A stretch of 64,000 nt of DNA from Picochlorum sp. SENEW3 (GCA_034226945.1 CP120457.1:992001-1056000); one strand, 5' to 3'. Counted from the stretch's first letter, positions 24,522-36,549 are shown. Made by a program: numbers and translations. The notes: a model not told the origin generated them from the letters alone.

Positions 24522-26391
24522 ATGAAAGTAGATGTTTGTATCGTTGGGGGTGGGATTTGTGGAGTTCTAGCTGCCCATGGATGTATTGAAAGAGGCCTCT
24601 CGTTCGTGTTGTTGGAGAAGAATTCGAGTTTGGGAGGATGCTGGCAGACTCTGGCAAACGATCACTCGACCCTTCAGGTAGGTTCTGTAAAGATTATAAT
24701 TTAGTTTTCTTTCTACCGAGTAAACGCAACGTTCCACTATCTTCGAAGGCTTTTGAGCCAAATTACAGGTGGCACGAAGACTACAAGCTGAGCAAAGACC
24801 CGTTGACTCGAAATTCAGCAGAAACAGTAGGTTCCCTTGTATTTGCGATACTCTGATAACGATGCTTCTCCAACTGATGACGTCATATTGCCCCAGGTGC
24901 GGACAACGATGAAAAGATTTGTCGACGACTTTGGTATCAATGAGCACACTCATCTCATGACACGGGTGGACAGCGTTGACAGGGACGGAGAAGGCTTCGC
25001 TGTATCCGCCACGGACCTGATCACCGGGGACAATCGTCATTATTCCAGTGACTTTCTGTTCGTGGCTTGTGGAATTTTATCCCATGACCAATGGACCCTT
25101 GAAGAACGTGGAATTGATGTCCACCAAGATTTCAATGGGAAAGTCATGTACGCTGCGAGGAAAGATGGGAAAGACTGTCCTATCGCCTCGATGGACCTGA
25201 CAGGAAAACGAGTTCTTATCGTTGGCTCTGGTTCCTTTGCTGCAGAAGCAATGGAGGCCGCTGAACGGCAAGGCTGTGAAGATATAACAATGATTGGGAG
25301 GCCGAGATACCGACTCATACTTCCTTTTTCAAGACAATATACTGTCAGTGCCATTGCTAATTGTCCTTTGGTGCCTTGGAGTTTGCGGATGAGGATTGCC
25401 CTGGTACGACTGCAATACCATATCAAATTACCTTGTCACCTCGCCAACATAATTAGCCCAACATAATATGCAGAGCTACATTAAACGATCATATTATAAT
25501 CCATGCAATCTGTCCCACTGGGCACCCAAGGGCAAGCCCGATGAGATGGATTTTGCGGGACAATGCAATGATGGAATATTCAGACTCTCTCACACTGGTA
25601 AGCTCAAATGCGTCGTCGGTCGCTTGAATGCTCTCTCCGATGGACAAGCGCATCTTGAATCTGGTGAATCAATACATTGTGATCATGTGATTGTTGCTTC
25701 GGGACTGAAGTATAACTTGACGCCTGATTTTCTTTATGCCAACCTTGGGCTCGGTACGTTGCACACAAAATCCAATGCTCAATATGAGGCATGTCTTTCA
25801 CTCAGATTCAATCCTTCGCAGACTTTACAAAGTTGCATAATTTTGCATTTCTGGGCAAAAACCCTCGTATTGGCTGTGCGGCTGATTTTCTGTTCGCCTA
25901 TGTCCCATTTGGCCCCATGAAACAGCTGCAAATGTTCTTCCATGCCGTGGATTGCTGCAAGAAAGGACTAGAAAAGGTGAGTCCCGCGATGATGACCACA
26001 AGACTCCAAGTACACGTAAACAACACTTTTCTGTTTCTCACAGGAGATTACCAACGCCTTGCATCCGACGCCATTACCAAACCATGGAGATGGCTTCCTC
26101 AGTGGAGGCCGAATGGCTGGGAGCTATACTTTCTTCGAGTATTCCCACTGGTGGTCGATGCAAAGCAAAGCTTTAGAGGCGCGCATCAACTCTATGCTTC
26201 GAACATTGGACGTAGGCCGTAGTATGCCACAAAAAATCGCCTTACGTTTGGGATTCTTGTCTGAGAACCTTGTTGAATGGACTCGCTGCATTGGCAGGAG
26301 CTACCGTGAAATCACTCGCTTCAAGGTATTCGGACAGAGCAAATCACACAATAGCGGTGCAAAACGTTCAACGATTCATGTTACATGTTAA
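24522..26391 (+). CDS. Flavin-containing monooxygenase-like oxidoreductase, multi-exon
   Basis: FAD motif VCIVGGGICG..EKNSSLGGCW and NAD(P)H motif GKRVLIVGSGSFA. Several short GT-AG introns link the ORF fragments. Confidence 0.72.
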
Positions 26392-26393
26392 CC

Positions 26394-27497
26394 TCATTTG
26401 CTAGATTTCTTCTTCGATTTGGTTTCCTTTTCATCTGATCCTAAAATCTCTACAGCTGCTTCCAAAGCCTGCCTAAAGGAAGCTGTCGTATCCTTTATCT
26501 GCTCCTTCAATACTGAATTCACAGCCTCTACATCTCGAACTGCCTGTGTGGAATTTATTTTCTCTGCCTCCGCCATGGCCAAGGCTTGCTTAAATTTCTT
26601 TGCCTCATCTCTGGCGATTCGGGCCTCCTCTTGTGCAGTAACAAGCTCCATTCTTAATTTGCGCAACTCCTGACGCTGCTGAATCACCTGACTCTCCAAA
26701 TCCGTCGCCCATGATAGTAACTTCTTCTCCCTCGTCACAGGAAGATTGCCTCCAGCCACAACCTTTGCCCCAGGATTCCCTCCCCAGTTATCATGGACTT
26801 CCATCTCCTCATCCCCATCAGAAATGGCCAAGACTGAATTATTCCCACTTTGCCACGCAACAGCATGCCCACCTTGCCCAACAACAACATATTTGTACTC
26901 GAGTACGCTCGTCGAAGGCAACTCAACCGTAGCATTCCATATATCCCCTTCAGACCAGGTGAGATTGATCGCATCAGATAAAATCCAGGACCCCAATTCA
27001 GGCATGCTCCCAACGAGGCAAATATGCTGCCCATAATCAACGTGAAACTTCAAGAAAAAGGTCACGTTGACCATACTGCGAGCAGGAACCATCTCTGCCG
27101 GTACCGCTGGACGCTGTGCTGCCCTGGACTGAAGAGCCCCTCCAGCCTCGGATGCATTCATTTCCGTCACTTGACGCTCCGCCCTCCTCTGAAGAAGCTC
27201 TCTCAATGCAGCACTGCTTTTATGAAGTCTATGAAGGCTATGAGACGCAGTCTCTGCACCATTCTGTGTTTCAGATACGCTACTACCGTTTCCTTGAACT
27301 CGACCTACACCCAACACAAACACCGTGATCAATCCAATGCCCAATTTTCATGCCAAAATTTAGATCCATCAAGGTAACCACGCACCCATGAAAGAGGAGA
27401 GACTTTGTCGGCCTGACCCAATTTGAGAAAGGGGCCTTACCCTCGTCGTTGGTGCCGAGAACCGCATCGAACCAGCAGTTGGAAAACCCATATTCAT
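26394..27497 (-). CDS. Plastid-targeted CBM20 starch-binding + coiled-coil protein; intron ~27305-27385
   Basis: Transit-like MNMGFPTAGSMRFSAPTTRVRP. CBM20 VTFFLKFHVDYGQHICLVGSMPELGSW..LTWSEGDIWNATV..LEYKYVV..WQSGNN. C-terminal heptad coiled coil. Confidence 0.85.
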
Positions 27498-27863
27498 TGT
27501 TGATATACTATTGGTTTATCTAGCGAACAAGTCCAACGATGCAGGAGTTCTAGGGTGAAAACTCTGTTTCTGGCAAGAGTAGAGACGGGTTTGAACAATC
27601 GGCTCCAACTCTTGTCAATGCACCTGTTGTGTGCTAAATTTAAGAATATGAAATTGATTTTGTTCTCTAGGAGTGCAGACAGATGTAAAGAATGAGGATG
27701 GGTGGTTGATCCAGGTCGAGATGCTTCAGTCCAAGACCATGGGGTTTACTTGATCCAAGAGTCAATATAGCGTGACGGTATTTGGACAGAGGGCCATTAA
27801 GTTATTATTATAGATTCTTAGGCATTTATTGAGGCCATTGGCAGATACTATACTCTTGTGGGT

Positions 27864-29250
27864 ATGGGAGAAGCAAGAGCAGAGGAGCAGCAGGTGGTTG
27901 CATTGGCTTCCACATCTGGAGCAACGGATGCTGTGAATAGAAGAAGGCCTGTTAAGAGGATTGTAGGGCAACAGGTAAAGAATTCATGATTGATTTGAGT
28001 CTTGTATGCGTGGGCTATAGTGTCATGCACGGACATGTGTTGCAGATACCTGACGATATTTTGAAGAATGAATCGTTGAATAATGCGATTTCTATTCTTC
28101 CATCGAACTATAATTTCGAAATCCATAAGACTGTGTGGAGATTGCGACAGGCAAAGGCGAGGAGAGTGGCGCTGCAGTTTCCTGAGGGACTGTTGATGTA
28201 TTCGTGTGTGATTGCAGACATTTTGGAGAGTTTTGCGGGTATAGAGGGAGCACTCATCATGGGAGACGTGACATTTGGTGCTTGCTGTGTGGATGATTAT
28301 TCAGCGGAGGCGTTGGATGCCGATTTTTTGGTACATTATGGTCATAGTTGTCTGGTTCCTGTGAATGAAACTCGGATTCCGTGCATGTATGTTTTTGTCG
28401 ATATTAAGATGGATTTGGAGCATTTTGTGGAGTCTTTCAAATTGAATTTTGATCCATCGATGCGGATTATCTTGGCTGGGACCATCCAGTTTGCTAGCTC
28501 AATGCATGCAGCCAAGACAATGCTGAGTGCAGAGTACCCTCATATAACCGTTCCTCAGTCGCGGCCTCTGTCTCGTGGAGAAACGCTGGGATGCACAGCA
28601 CCTGTTGTTCCTGGGAAACATGATGCGATTGTGTTTGTCGCGGATGGCAGGTTTCATTTGGAGGCACTCATGATTGCAAACCCATCAGTCAAGGCATATA
28701 GATATGATCCCTATGGAAGGGTGTTCACTGAGGAATCGTATGACCAGGTGGGTATGAGGAAACAGCGACAAGAGGCAATACAGAAAGCTCGAGGTGCAAG
28801 ACGCTGGGGTATTATATTGGGAACATTAGGACGGCAGGGTAATCCAAGGATTCTTGACAAGGTGAAAGGAATCATGGATTCGCTTGGGTATGAATACGTG
28901 CTGGTGTTGCTCTCTGAGATCTCTCCTCAAAAGTTGTCGATGATGTCGGATGGGATTGATGCGTGGATCCAAATCGCATGCCCTCGTCTGAGCATTGACT
29001 GGGGAGATGAGTTCACCAAGCCAACATTGAATCCATACGAGGTATGTTTTGTGAAACAGAAGTACTTTTTCTTGAAGTGTTACGTATTGAAATATATGAA
29101 AACTTGAATATTGTACAGGCATTTGTGGCGTTGGGGCAGATTGATGGCTGGTGGGAAGGTGGCAGTGATTATCCAATGGACTATTACGCGTCTTCAGGAG
29201 GTGAATATAGCAGTTCATACCATAGGAAAACACCACAACCAGCCCGTTGA
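27864..29250 (+). CDS. DPH1: Diphthamide biosynthesis protein 1; introns 27975-28045 and 29042-29118
   Basis: Motifs LPSNYNFEIHKT, VALQFPEGL, GDVTFGACCVDD, HYGHSCL, GETLGCTAP, ILGTLGRQG, ACPRLSIDWG and YPMDYY. Confidence 0.96.
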
Positions 29251-29259
29251 TGCATTGAA

Positions 29260-31395
29260 TTATTTCAATCCTTTAATCTCTAAATGTGTCGAGGATGCCA
29301 TGAGCTTCTCCAAAACATAGCATTTGATATTTGTATCGCATAGGCACAGCACCTTCAAATGAGGCAAGCTCGACAGAAGCAAAAGACCCGCGTTTGAGAT
29401 TTGGCATTGCGAAATGTTCAAACTCTCGAGATTCTTCATTGTCAAAAGATATGTCATGGACCCATCTGCGATTCTGTGACTATATGCCAGAGACAAGTGC
29501 TTCAAGTTTGGCAACCTAGCCAACTGACGGACACCATACGAGGTGATGATACTTCCACTCACATCCAATGTTCTCAGTGTTTTAATGCTTGATAAAATGG
29601 TGCAGACCGAATCTGTCACACGTGACCCGAATAAATTCAAACTCTGCAAATGTGGAAGCCTTGTCAAGTTTCCAAAACTTGCATCTCCGAATGGCGAGGA
29701 GGATTCCAATGAGAGATGCTTCAGGGGTGAAATTCTTCCAATATATTTCAATCCCAAATCATCAACAAGTGTATATGATACATCCAAGCGTTCCAAGCAT
29801 GGGAGCTGTCCAAGAACGTCCATGGTGGTGTTTCCGGCATCAGTGTCTTGGCATTGAAGACTTTTAAGATGCCTCAAATATTGTACATGTACGAGACCAG
29901 CATCGGAGACACTGCAGGACTCGACATCAAGCTTTTCAAGAGACGTTAAGCGAGGAAGAGCATACTGCAATCCAGCATCAGATATATTTGTAAACATAAT
30001 ACTCAGTCTCTTCAAGCATGCAGATCCTTCTTGGGCTTTTGCAAGTGCTCTAAGCATACTATTCCCAGCTGAAAAGCATCTTGACGCATTAAAATCTTCT
30101 AGTTGTCTCATATCTTCTATGCACGCGGCAATGGATGCATCTTGGACTTTCAAGCCGGATATTGAGAATTTCTTCAATCCTGTCAAACCTCTCAGCTGAA
30201 CAAGTCCATTATCATTGATCCCAGTGTTCCTCACATGAAGAACCTTCAGGGTCGACAACTTGCCAATATATATCGCATCAAAGTTCCTGATGGAATGACA
30301 ACATGCGAGATTAAGTTCTTCAAGGTGCTTCAAGTATTTCAAATGTTGCATATGTGACACCTGTAAACAGGATTCCATTGACAACTTTTTCAACTTTTTT
30401 ACTCCTCCAATCAAAGGAACGGACAGATGAGTAACCTTTTGACAATGATTTAAACTCAACACCTCGAGATTGGGCAACCTGGACAGAATTATCAGTGAAT
30501 TATCAGTCACACAATTGCAACAATCCAGAAATAGTTCTTTAAGGCATGGGAACCCTGGCAAATTCGTGACAAAGAAATCATCCACAATAGTACGGCTCAG
30601 AACAAGCCTTTCCAATGTCTCTCGAGGAAAGATGCCGAAATCCTCTGATATCAGTAAATGTGGAAGTCCATTGACAAAGAACTCATCCTTGTATCCATCC
30701 AAGTGTAAATCATAAAACGCAGCTCCACCCAAGAGCACTGCACTCTTCTCATCCAACCGCTGCTCCATGATTATCTTATCCATAATAAGTTGGATCAGAT
30801 CAGCTGGCAGGCTTTTGATTTGCTGCCGGACCAATGCAGCTCGTTTCCTATACCTCCCATCCTCCTCATCCAACTCTCTACAGGAGGCTCTATCGCCACC
30901 ATCGGAGGAGCAGGATGCCCTTTTCAATTGACGATGAGAAGACGATCCCGCTATACAGTCTTTTGATTGTCCTTTCGAGAACAAGGCCCTCCTCATCATG
31001 GTCTTTGATATACACGAATCAAAGGGCGCACAATCCTGGCTCGGGGACCCAGGATCTGATGCCTGGCCATCCGAGCTATTGCTCGAGATACTATCCAGTG
31101 AGTTGGAAGAACAATGACAATCACATGAACCATGATCGACCGCTGCTCCTAGTTCATCCCATGTCTCTGGGAAGAGTGTTTGATGACAAATCACCTCCAA
31201 ACACCGTGCCATCAGTGTATTCTTCTTCACATGCACCCGTATCCATTCCTTTTCCATCCTTTTTACTCTCTTTGTTCCTCTGCACACGTCATCCCTATTC
31301 AACACCATCTGATAATATTCCCTGGTGGCAAGAGAATCCTGCCCATCCTCCTGTCCCCTCACATGCCCCACCACCTTTGATATCACCACTCCCAT
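29260..31395 (-). CDS. Leucine-rich repeat protein (RNI-like/F-box-LRR type)
   Basis: About 15 LxxLxxLxLxxCxxVTD repeats in an intact 711-aa ORF. Confidence 0.85.
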   Translation of the reverse strand: MGVVISKVVGHVRGQEDGQDSLATREYYQMVLNRDDVCRGTKRVKRMEKEWIRVHVKKNTLMARCLEVICHQTLFPETWDELGAAVDHGSCDCHCSSNSLDSISSNSSDGQASDPGSPSQDCAPFDSCISKTMMRRALFSKGQSKDCIAGSSSHRQLKRASCSSDGGDRASCRELDEEDGRYRKRAALVRQQIKSLPADLIQLIMDKIIMEQRLDEKSAVLLGGAAFYDLHLDGYKDEFFVNGLPHLLISEDFGIFPRETLERLVLSRTIVDDFFVTNLPGFPCLKELFLDCCNCVTDNSLIILSRLPNLEVLSLNHCQKVTHLSVPLIGGVKKLKKLSMESCLQVSHMQHLKYLKHLEELNLACCHSIRNFDAIYIGKLSTLKVLHVRNTGINDNGLVQLRGLTGLKKFSISGLKVQDASIAACIEDMRQLEDFNASRCFSAGNSMLRALAKAQEGSACLKRLSIMFTNISDAGLQYALPRLTSLEKLDVESCSVSDAGLVHVQYLRHLKSLQCQDTDAGNTTMDVLGQLPCLERLDVSYTLVDDLGLKYIGRISPLKHLSLESSSPFGDASFGNLTRLPHLQSLNLFGSRVTDSVCTILSSIKTLRTLDVSGSIITSYGVRQLARLPNLKHLSLAYSHRIADGSMTYLLTMKNLESLNISQCQISNAGLLLLSSLPHLKVLCLCDTNIKCYVLEKLMASSTHLEIKGLK

Positions 31396-32180
31396 GTGGA
31401 CACAGCTGCTCTATATTCACCTCGACTATATATACAAGAAGATATTCAAAATGACTCAGATGCAGTCCCTAGACCAAGCAACGGGTGTACACACGACTCA
31501 ACCCAGAACAACCCTTGCATATTCAAACAGGGCCATAACGTGTGCTGCAATGCCTTGGAGCCCAATACCATTCAAACCCTGCAATACACAGTACATGTAC
31601 TAAATCTGGAATGTACCAATAGCGTCAATCGACCACCACCCGCTCTTGCGTCGAGCGGACTTGGGTCGCCACAACAGTCAGCCGACGACACCGTACCAAC
31701 CCAACACCAATGTCGACTTTGGTTTGGTTTCGGAAGATGAATAGTATACCATTATCGTATCTAGTGCATTTGCATTGGATCGAGACTCTTCTATTCCCGT
31801 TGAATCCGTCGCATTGCGACATCCACGTGGGCACCGACACGACAATGGGCCAAGGGCGGGTATCTTAGGGTTTTCATGATTTGAAAAACCCTAAGATCGT
31901 TGGCACACGCCCAGCGTACGCCGTTGGCGTGTGTGACACACGATGTATCAGTTTGGACCCTACTGGACTGGAAGCAGTAGAATTATTTATTAGTTGTAAA
32001 GTATATTTCATTTTATGAACAAAACGGTATCGGGAACCACTCCAGACAGACGACGTGTGGTTCTGTGATATACCAGGCAGAAAATCCCATTCCTTTCTGT
32101 AGACTGTAGAAATCGCTGCGTGTTTCTATACATGGTTGGGGTGGTCTGAATTTTAGTTTAAACAGCATTGTATTAATTTA

Positions 32181-33104
32181 ATGGCTTTCGCTGGGATACA
32201 GAGTGGGAAGGTGCTGCCCGTGGTGGTGGACACACAAGGGGTGAGGGCACCCCTGTACCAAAAGAGGGTTATTCCCTCTTCAGGATGGAGCGTGTCTTCA
32301 TCGTATGTGGCGACGAAGAGGCGTATGAATGTTTCGATGAACTCTATCCCCGCCCAAATGAATGTAATGCCGCGTATGAATCATAGTAATACAAGTACTA
32401 ATAAAGGAGATGCCCAGTATGAGCACCACACGAGGAATTTGCCATGGTTTCAAAAGGCTGTGGAGGATATTGTACGAAAATTAGATGGGCGAGTGGATAC
32501 GGATCAGTTTGTTCAAGTCGTCAAGATGGGTAGTAATCCATGCCAGGCGGATTATATGGCAACCTGTGATATCACTGCATCTGGACACCCAACGTGCAGT
32601 GTGGACAATGTGGATGCTGTGATATTGGTGAAAAGGATAGCGACTGGGGTTGATCTCAAGACGCATTTGGATGTGGATGTGGTGCAGACTGATGCCGTGA
32701 CCGAGGAGCCATCAAATGGTGATGTCCAGATAGCTTGTGATCAGCTGATGCGGTCTGATGTTGGGAGGAGAATACTGCATGGACGTGTGGGTGAATGCTG
32801 CGAGAGGCAAATGCCTTCTGGAGACTCTCCTAGTGCCGCTAGTGTTCTTGTCAATCAGGCAACAAGGCATGCAGCGAGCAGAGAAGCAGTAAAAGCAGCT
32901 GCATTACCCAAAAAGCCATTCCAAGGATACTGGGGTGTGGTGGTTCAGGCAAAGGAAAAGTCCAGCATAGAAGGATGTTATTTATTAAAAGCAGGATGTT
33001 CTGTTGTAGATGGAGGGTGTTCGTGCACCCATTTTTCTCTGACTCGAGTGCAATCTGAACATGTGAGTGTTCATCAACAGTTTGTAGATTCGTGGAGAGC
33101 ATAA
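32181..33104 (+). CDS. Conserved green-lineage protein of unknown function, probably plastid-targeted
   Basis: Ser-rich transit-like N-terminus. The C-terminal WGVVVQ..EGCYLLK..CSCTHFSLTRV..QFVDSW resembles an uncharacterised plant family. Confidence 0.7.
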   Translation: MAFAGIQSGKVLPVVVDTQGVRAPLYQKRVIPSSGWSVSSSYVATKRRMNVSMNSIPAQMNVMPRMNHSNTSTNKGDAQYEHHTRNLPWFQKAVEDIVRKLDGRVDTDQFVQVVKMGSNPCQADYMATCDITASGHPTCSVDNVDAVILVKRIATGVDLKTHLDVDVVQTDAVTEEPSNGDVQIACDQLMRSDVGRRILHGRVGECCERQMPSGDSPSAASVLVNQATRHAASREAVKAAALPKKPFQGYWGVVVQAKEKSSIEGCYLLKAGCSVVDGGCSCTHFSLTRVQSEHVSVHQQFVDSWRA

Positions 33105-33234
33105 TAATGAGGGAGTTTGTTTTTTCAACGATACTATTGATCGGTATAGATGATGATAATAACAAATAAGCGATTACAAAAATGTAATAAGTGTATCCAT
33201 TCGTTGATGTATGTCATATATTTGAAGCATTCTT

Positions 33235-35157
33235 TCAACAAAGCCCATCCGTTGATGTATCATCATACGACTGCTTTCTTTTCCGTATCAATCTATTGTT
33301 ATCGGATGATGTTGAGCATCCATACTGATTGCATTTCATTTCAATTTGGTCTGCACCTGAAGAAACTTCGCAGCTTCCGAGTAGCATCATGTCATCTCTG
33401 ATACCATTGTGCTGTTGAATCACACGGCCTGCTTTGTTGAACGAGGCAATTGAGCTTGCCCCATGGTTCTCAACCTTTTCCTTTCCTATCCAGACAATAC
33501 TTGACGATTCAGGTAATGGCACTGTTGCAGGTCGATATGGCCCAGCCGATTTATCAGGAGATGACTGTACTTCTGCTTGAGCCACAACATCTGCAGCTTT
33601 ACTCAATGTTCTCTGAGCTTCATCATGGTGTACTACAGGAAGAGGATAATCCTCTCCAAGTTCTATACCTGCATCCTCAAGAACCTGCAATGGCGCCGTC
33701 CATGGCGCGTGTATATACTGCGTTGGCAGGCGTGCCAAGACTGGCAGCCAGCGTCGAACATATGCTCCTTTTGGATCAAACTTTTTCACCTCTTCTTCCA
33801 AGTTCATCACCATTGCAAATTCATGACCATCAGACAAGCATCCAGCGCAGTACTGCCAACCGAGTGCATCACATTCCAAATCAGCATCAAGCAGCGCATC
33901 CCAAAAATGTTTCAGGCCCCATTGCCAGGGGAGCAACAGATTTTTCACAAGAAATGAGGCACATACAACCCTGCATCGATTATGCATCCATCCAGTGGAC
34001 CATATTTCTCGCATACCTGCATCAATAATCGGATACCCTGTATTGCCAGTCCTCCACGCTTTGAACAATGTCTGATCATATCTCCATGGGACAGCTCTCA
34101 AGTGCTCCAACATAGAACGTTCATGCGTGAATGGAAAATGAAACGATAAATATCTAGAATACTCTCTAAATCCCAATTGCTTATAAAAGCTTTGCAGATG
34201 CTCTGCCCTCTCTTCTACTGACCATGTAGCTGTTGCCTCCATAATGGCATGCCGAACTTCTCGAACCCCAATTTCACCAAAGTGCAAATGAGGCGATAAC
34301 TTTGAGGTAGACATCCGATCAGTTTTCGCTTTATTATCGCTAAACTCGGACAGCTTCTTCTCCACAAACGCCTCAAGCTGAGACATGCCCCCTTGCCGAC
34401 CTGGATTCCAATACACCTCCAACTGAGCATTTGATGCCTCTTCTTGAGGAGACATGATATGCAAGTCATCCACAGACATCGCCCGTTCACTTAGATGTTC
34501 CATCACAGGACTTAATTGCAAAGGTGCCGGGGCAGGTATCGGCGGAGGCTGTGGCAATGACTGATGTGCTTCCCAAAACTTGTCAAAACAGGTAAATGGC
34601 AGTGCGCTGCCATCATCCTTCCTATCAACAACATCCCAAGGCTCCCGTAATGTATCCCCATTAAAACTCTGACACAGAATATGCTTCATTCGAAACACCT
34701 CTTTCACTTCATTGTCCCTCACCATGGATATTGGGTCATAAAAGTGATTAAAAAACACGGCATCCGCCTTGTACTCCCTCACAAGATGCTCCAACACTTC
34801 CTTCGACTCCACCCCTCGATAACACGCCAAAGTCGTATTATACTCTTTCCTCAAACTTGCATCCAGAGACTTGAGACTGCACGACAGCCACCACCGACTG
34901 CATCGCCCAGGCTGAAACTGACCCTCCTCCTCTGGCGCATAGATATACACTGGCACCACCTGCTCTGCCACAACAGAGGCAGCCAACAGGGCAGGATTAT
35001 CATGAATCCTCAAGTCTCGTCGAAACCACACAAGTATCCGTTTATAAATTTTCGAACCTTCTGGAGCCACTTCCGGCACCGTATTATTATTCCCCACCTC
35101 CACCCCAGCACTCTCAGAGAGCTGCAATTGTGTTTTGTTACTCGTCGCCGCTTCCAT
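33235..35157 (-). CDS. Plant-type cryptochrome (pCRY/CPH1-like)
   Basis: Motifs VWFRRDLRIHDNPAL, EEEGQFQPGRCSRWWL, TSKLSPHLHFGE, REYSRYLSFHFP, WSTGWMHNR and FWDALLDADLECDALGWQY, plus a C-terminal extension. Confidence 0.95.
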   Translation of the reverse strand: MEAATSNKTQLQLSESAGVEVGNNNTVPEVAPEGSKIYKRILVWFRRDLRIHDNPALLAASVVAEQVVPVYIYAPEEEGQFQPGRCSRWWLSCSLKSLDASLRKEYNTTLACYRGVESKEVLEHLVREYKADAVFFNHFYDPISMVRDNEVKEVFRMKHILCQSFNGDTLREPWDVVDRKDDGSALPFTCFDKFWEAHQSLPQPPPIPAPAPLQLSPVMEHLSERAMSVDDLHIMSPQEEASNAQLEVYWNPGRQGGMSQLEAFVEKKLSEFSDNKAKTDRMSTSKLSPHLHFGEIGVREVRHAIMEATATWSVEERAEHLQSFYKQLGFREYSRYLSFHFPFTHERSMLEHLRAVPWRYDQTLFKAWRTGNTGYPIIDAGMREIWSTGWMHNRCRVVCASFLVKNLLLPWQWGLKHFWDALLDADLECDALGWQYCAGCLSDGHEFAMVMNLEEEVKKFDPKGAYVRRWLPVLARLPTQYIHAPWTAPLQVLEDAGIELGEDYPLPVVHHDEAQRTLSKAADVVAQAEVQSSPDKSAGPYRPATVPLPESSSIVWIGKEKVENHGASSIASFNKAGRVIQQHNGIRDDMMLLGSCEVSSGADQIEMKCNQYGCSTSSDNNRLIRKRKQSYDDTSTDGLC

Positions 35158-35541
35158 ATAAAATTTATTAAATATACTTCATCTCGAATATACTGTACGA
35201 GGCAATATTGCAATGCATACAAGCAGCGTGAGTTCTTTGCGGTTGCGATGGACGTCCGTCTTCGTCAGTCTCCGATACGTGACACCCTGTACAATTCACG
35301 CAAATACTGGAGTCATATAAATTCTCAGATGAATTAATTCCGGTGTCGGATGCTGCGTAAAACAGGGTTTAACAGAATACACGTCGCACTGACAATCACT
35401 CGACAAAATCCGTAAATAGATTATTATGTAACGTACTTAATTACGCAAAATGCCTCTCCCGGCGACATGTTCATGCCTCATGAGCACACATACTGAACAA
35501 TAATGGTTTCCTTCATAAACTCATAGTTCAGGTATAGAGGC

Positions 35542-36338
35542 ATGGTACGTGTATTACACAGCACTCAGTCATCTGAAAGCATGTCTCGAGTGTGTTGTCA
35601 AAAACAGAGCAAAGACTGGCCCCACATGGACGATGATGAATAGATAGATCTATTTGATGAATGAATGTCACACTCAGTCTGCCCTCTGAGATGGCACCGG
35701 TGTTTGACCACATCTCTTTACACCTCTTTGGTCACTTGGAGGACCACAAGGACGGCAGGGATTGTTCCTTGGCATCTGAATGGACAATCTATACATATGT
35801 TGATGATCACGTGTCTTATCTGTCTGTATATCTGCAGGGTGATCGGCGTCAGGCAGCTGCACAACTCCCCTCTGGGGGTGCTGTTGCAACACCTCAGGTG
35901 CATGTCACATTAGAAGATCAGCAGAATATAAATACGTTTAGCAGACTGAATTCTCAGCTACAGGAAATTAGATCAAAGCTTACTGCGAAGAAGAGGGCGG
36001 TGGAGGATTTGGAGGAGGCTGGAAATGAGGCCATGTTGGTGGATGATGATGTGGTGCCGTTTGTTGTAGGCGAGTGCTTTGTTCGGCTTCCACAAGAGGA
36101 TGTAGAGAGCAAGATTGAAGAATGTACGATGAATATTGATGTATAGAGATATATGATGATGAAGGCGGCGTGTATTCTGTATCTGAACATGGTATTGTGT
36201 CGTCATGCAGTGAAAGGGGCAGCAGAAGCAGAGGTGGCATCATGTGAGCGAGAGATGGAAACCATTGTGGCCTCTATGAATGATTTAAAGACCCAATTGT
36301 ATGCCAAGTTTGGTAATACAATTAATCTGGAGGAGTAG
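35542..36338 (+). CDS. PFDN4: Prefoldin subunit 4; predicted ATG-only first coding exon, introns 35545-35837 and 36124-36210
   Basis: Motifs VTLEDQQNINTFSRLN, EDLEEAGNE, VPFVVGECF and LKTQLYAKFGNTINLEE. ATG|GTACGT donor at 35545. Confidence 0.9.
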
Positions 36339-36549
36339 TAGGTGGGCAGTAATGTGTATGCAATGATATAAAAAAAAGCCATTATTCAATTGATTGCAAA
36401 ATCTACAAAATAAAGAGTATCCTTGCGGCACTACAAGGATCCCATGAGGATGCCAATCGTATATTCAAATAGATACATGATGGTGAAAGTATCCAATTGT
36501 AACCATTAATGCGTATATACGAGTGCTGACCGAGAGAGTAGGACGTAGC

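Noticed and set aside
24522..26391. Frame breaks in FMO, PL14, G3Pp, COG7 and the membrane protein as pseudogenisation or programmed frameshifting
   Set aside because: The breaks I checked coincide with short canonical GT-AG introns that restore the frame.
30834..31740. Long antisense or overlapping ORFs (e.g. 30834-31454, and likewise 34681-35337, 55373-56059, 62126-62647)
   Set aside because: Shadows of real genes on the opposite strand, with no recognisable domains.
31860..31900. AAACCCTAA as a telomerase RNA template or telomere remnant
   Set aside because: Single units only, fully sequestered in an inverted repeat. No recognisable telomerase RNA architecture or tandem TTTAGGG array.
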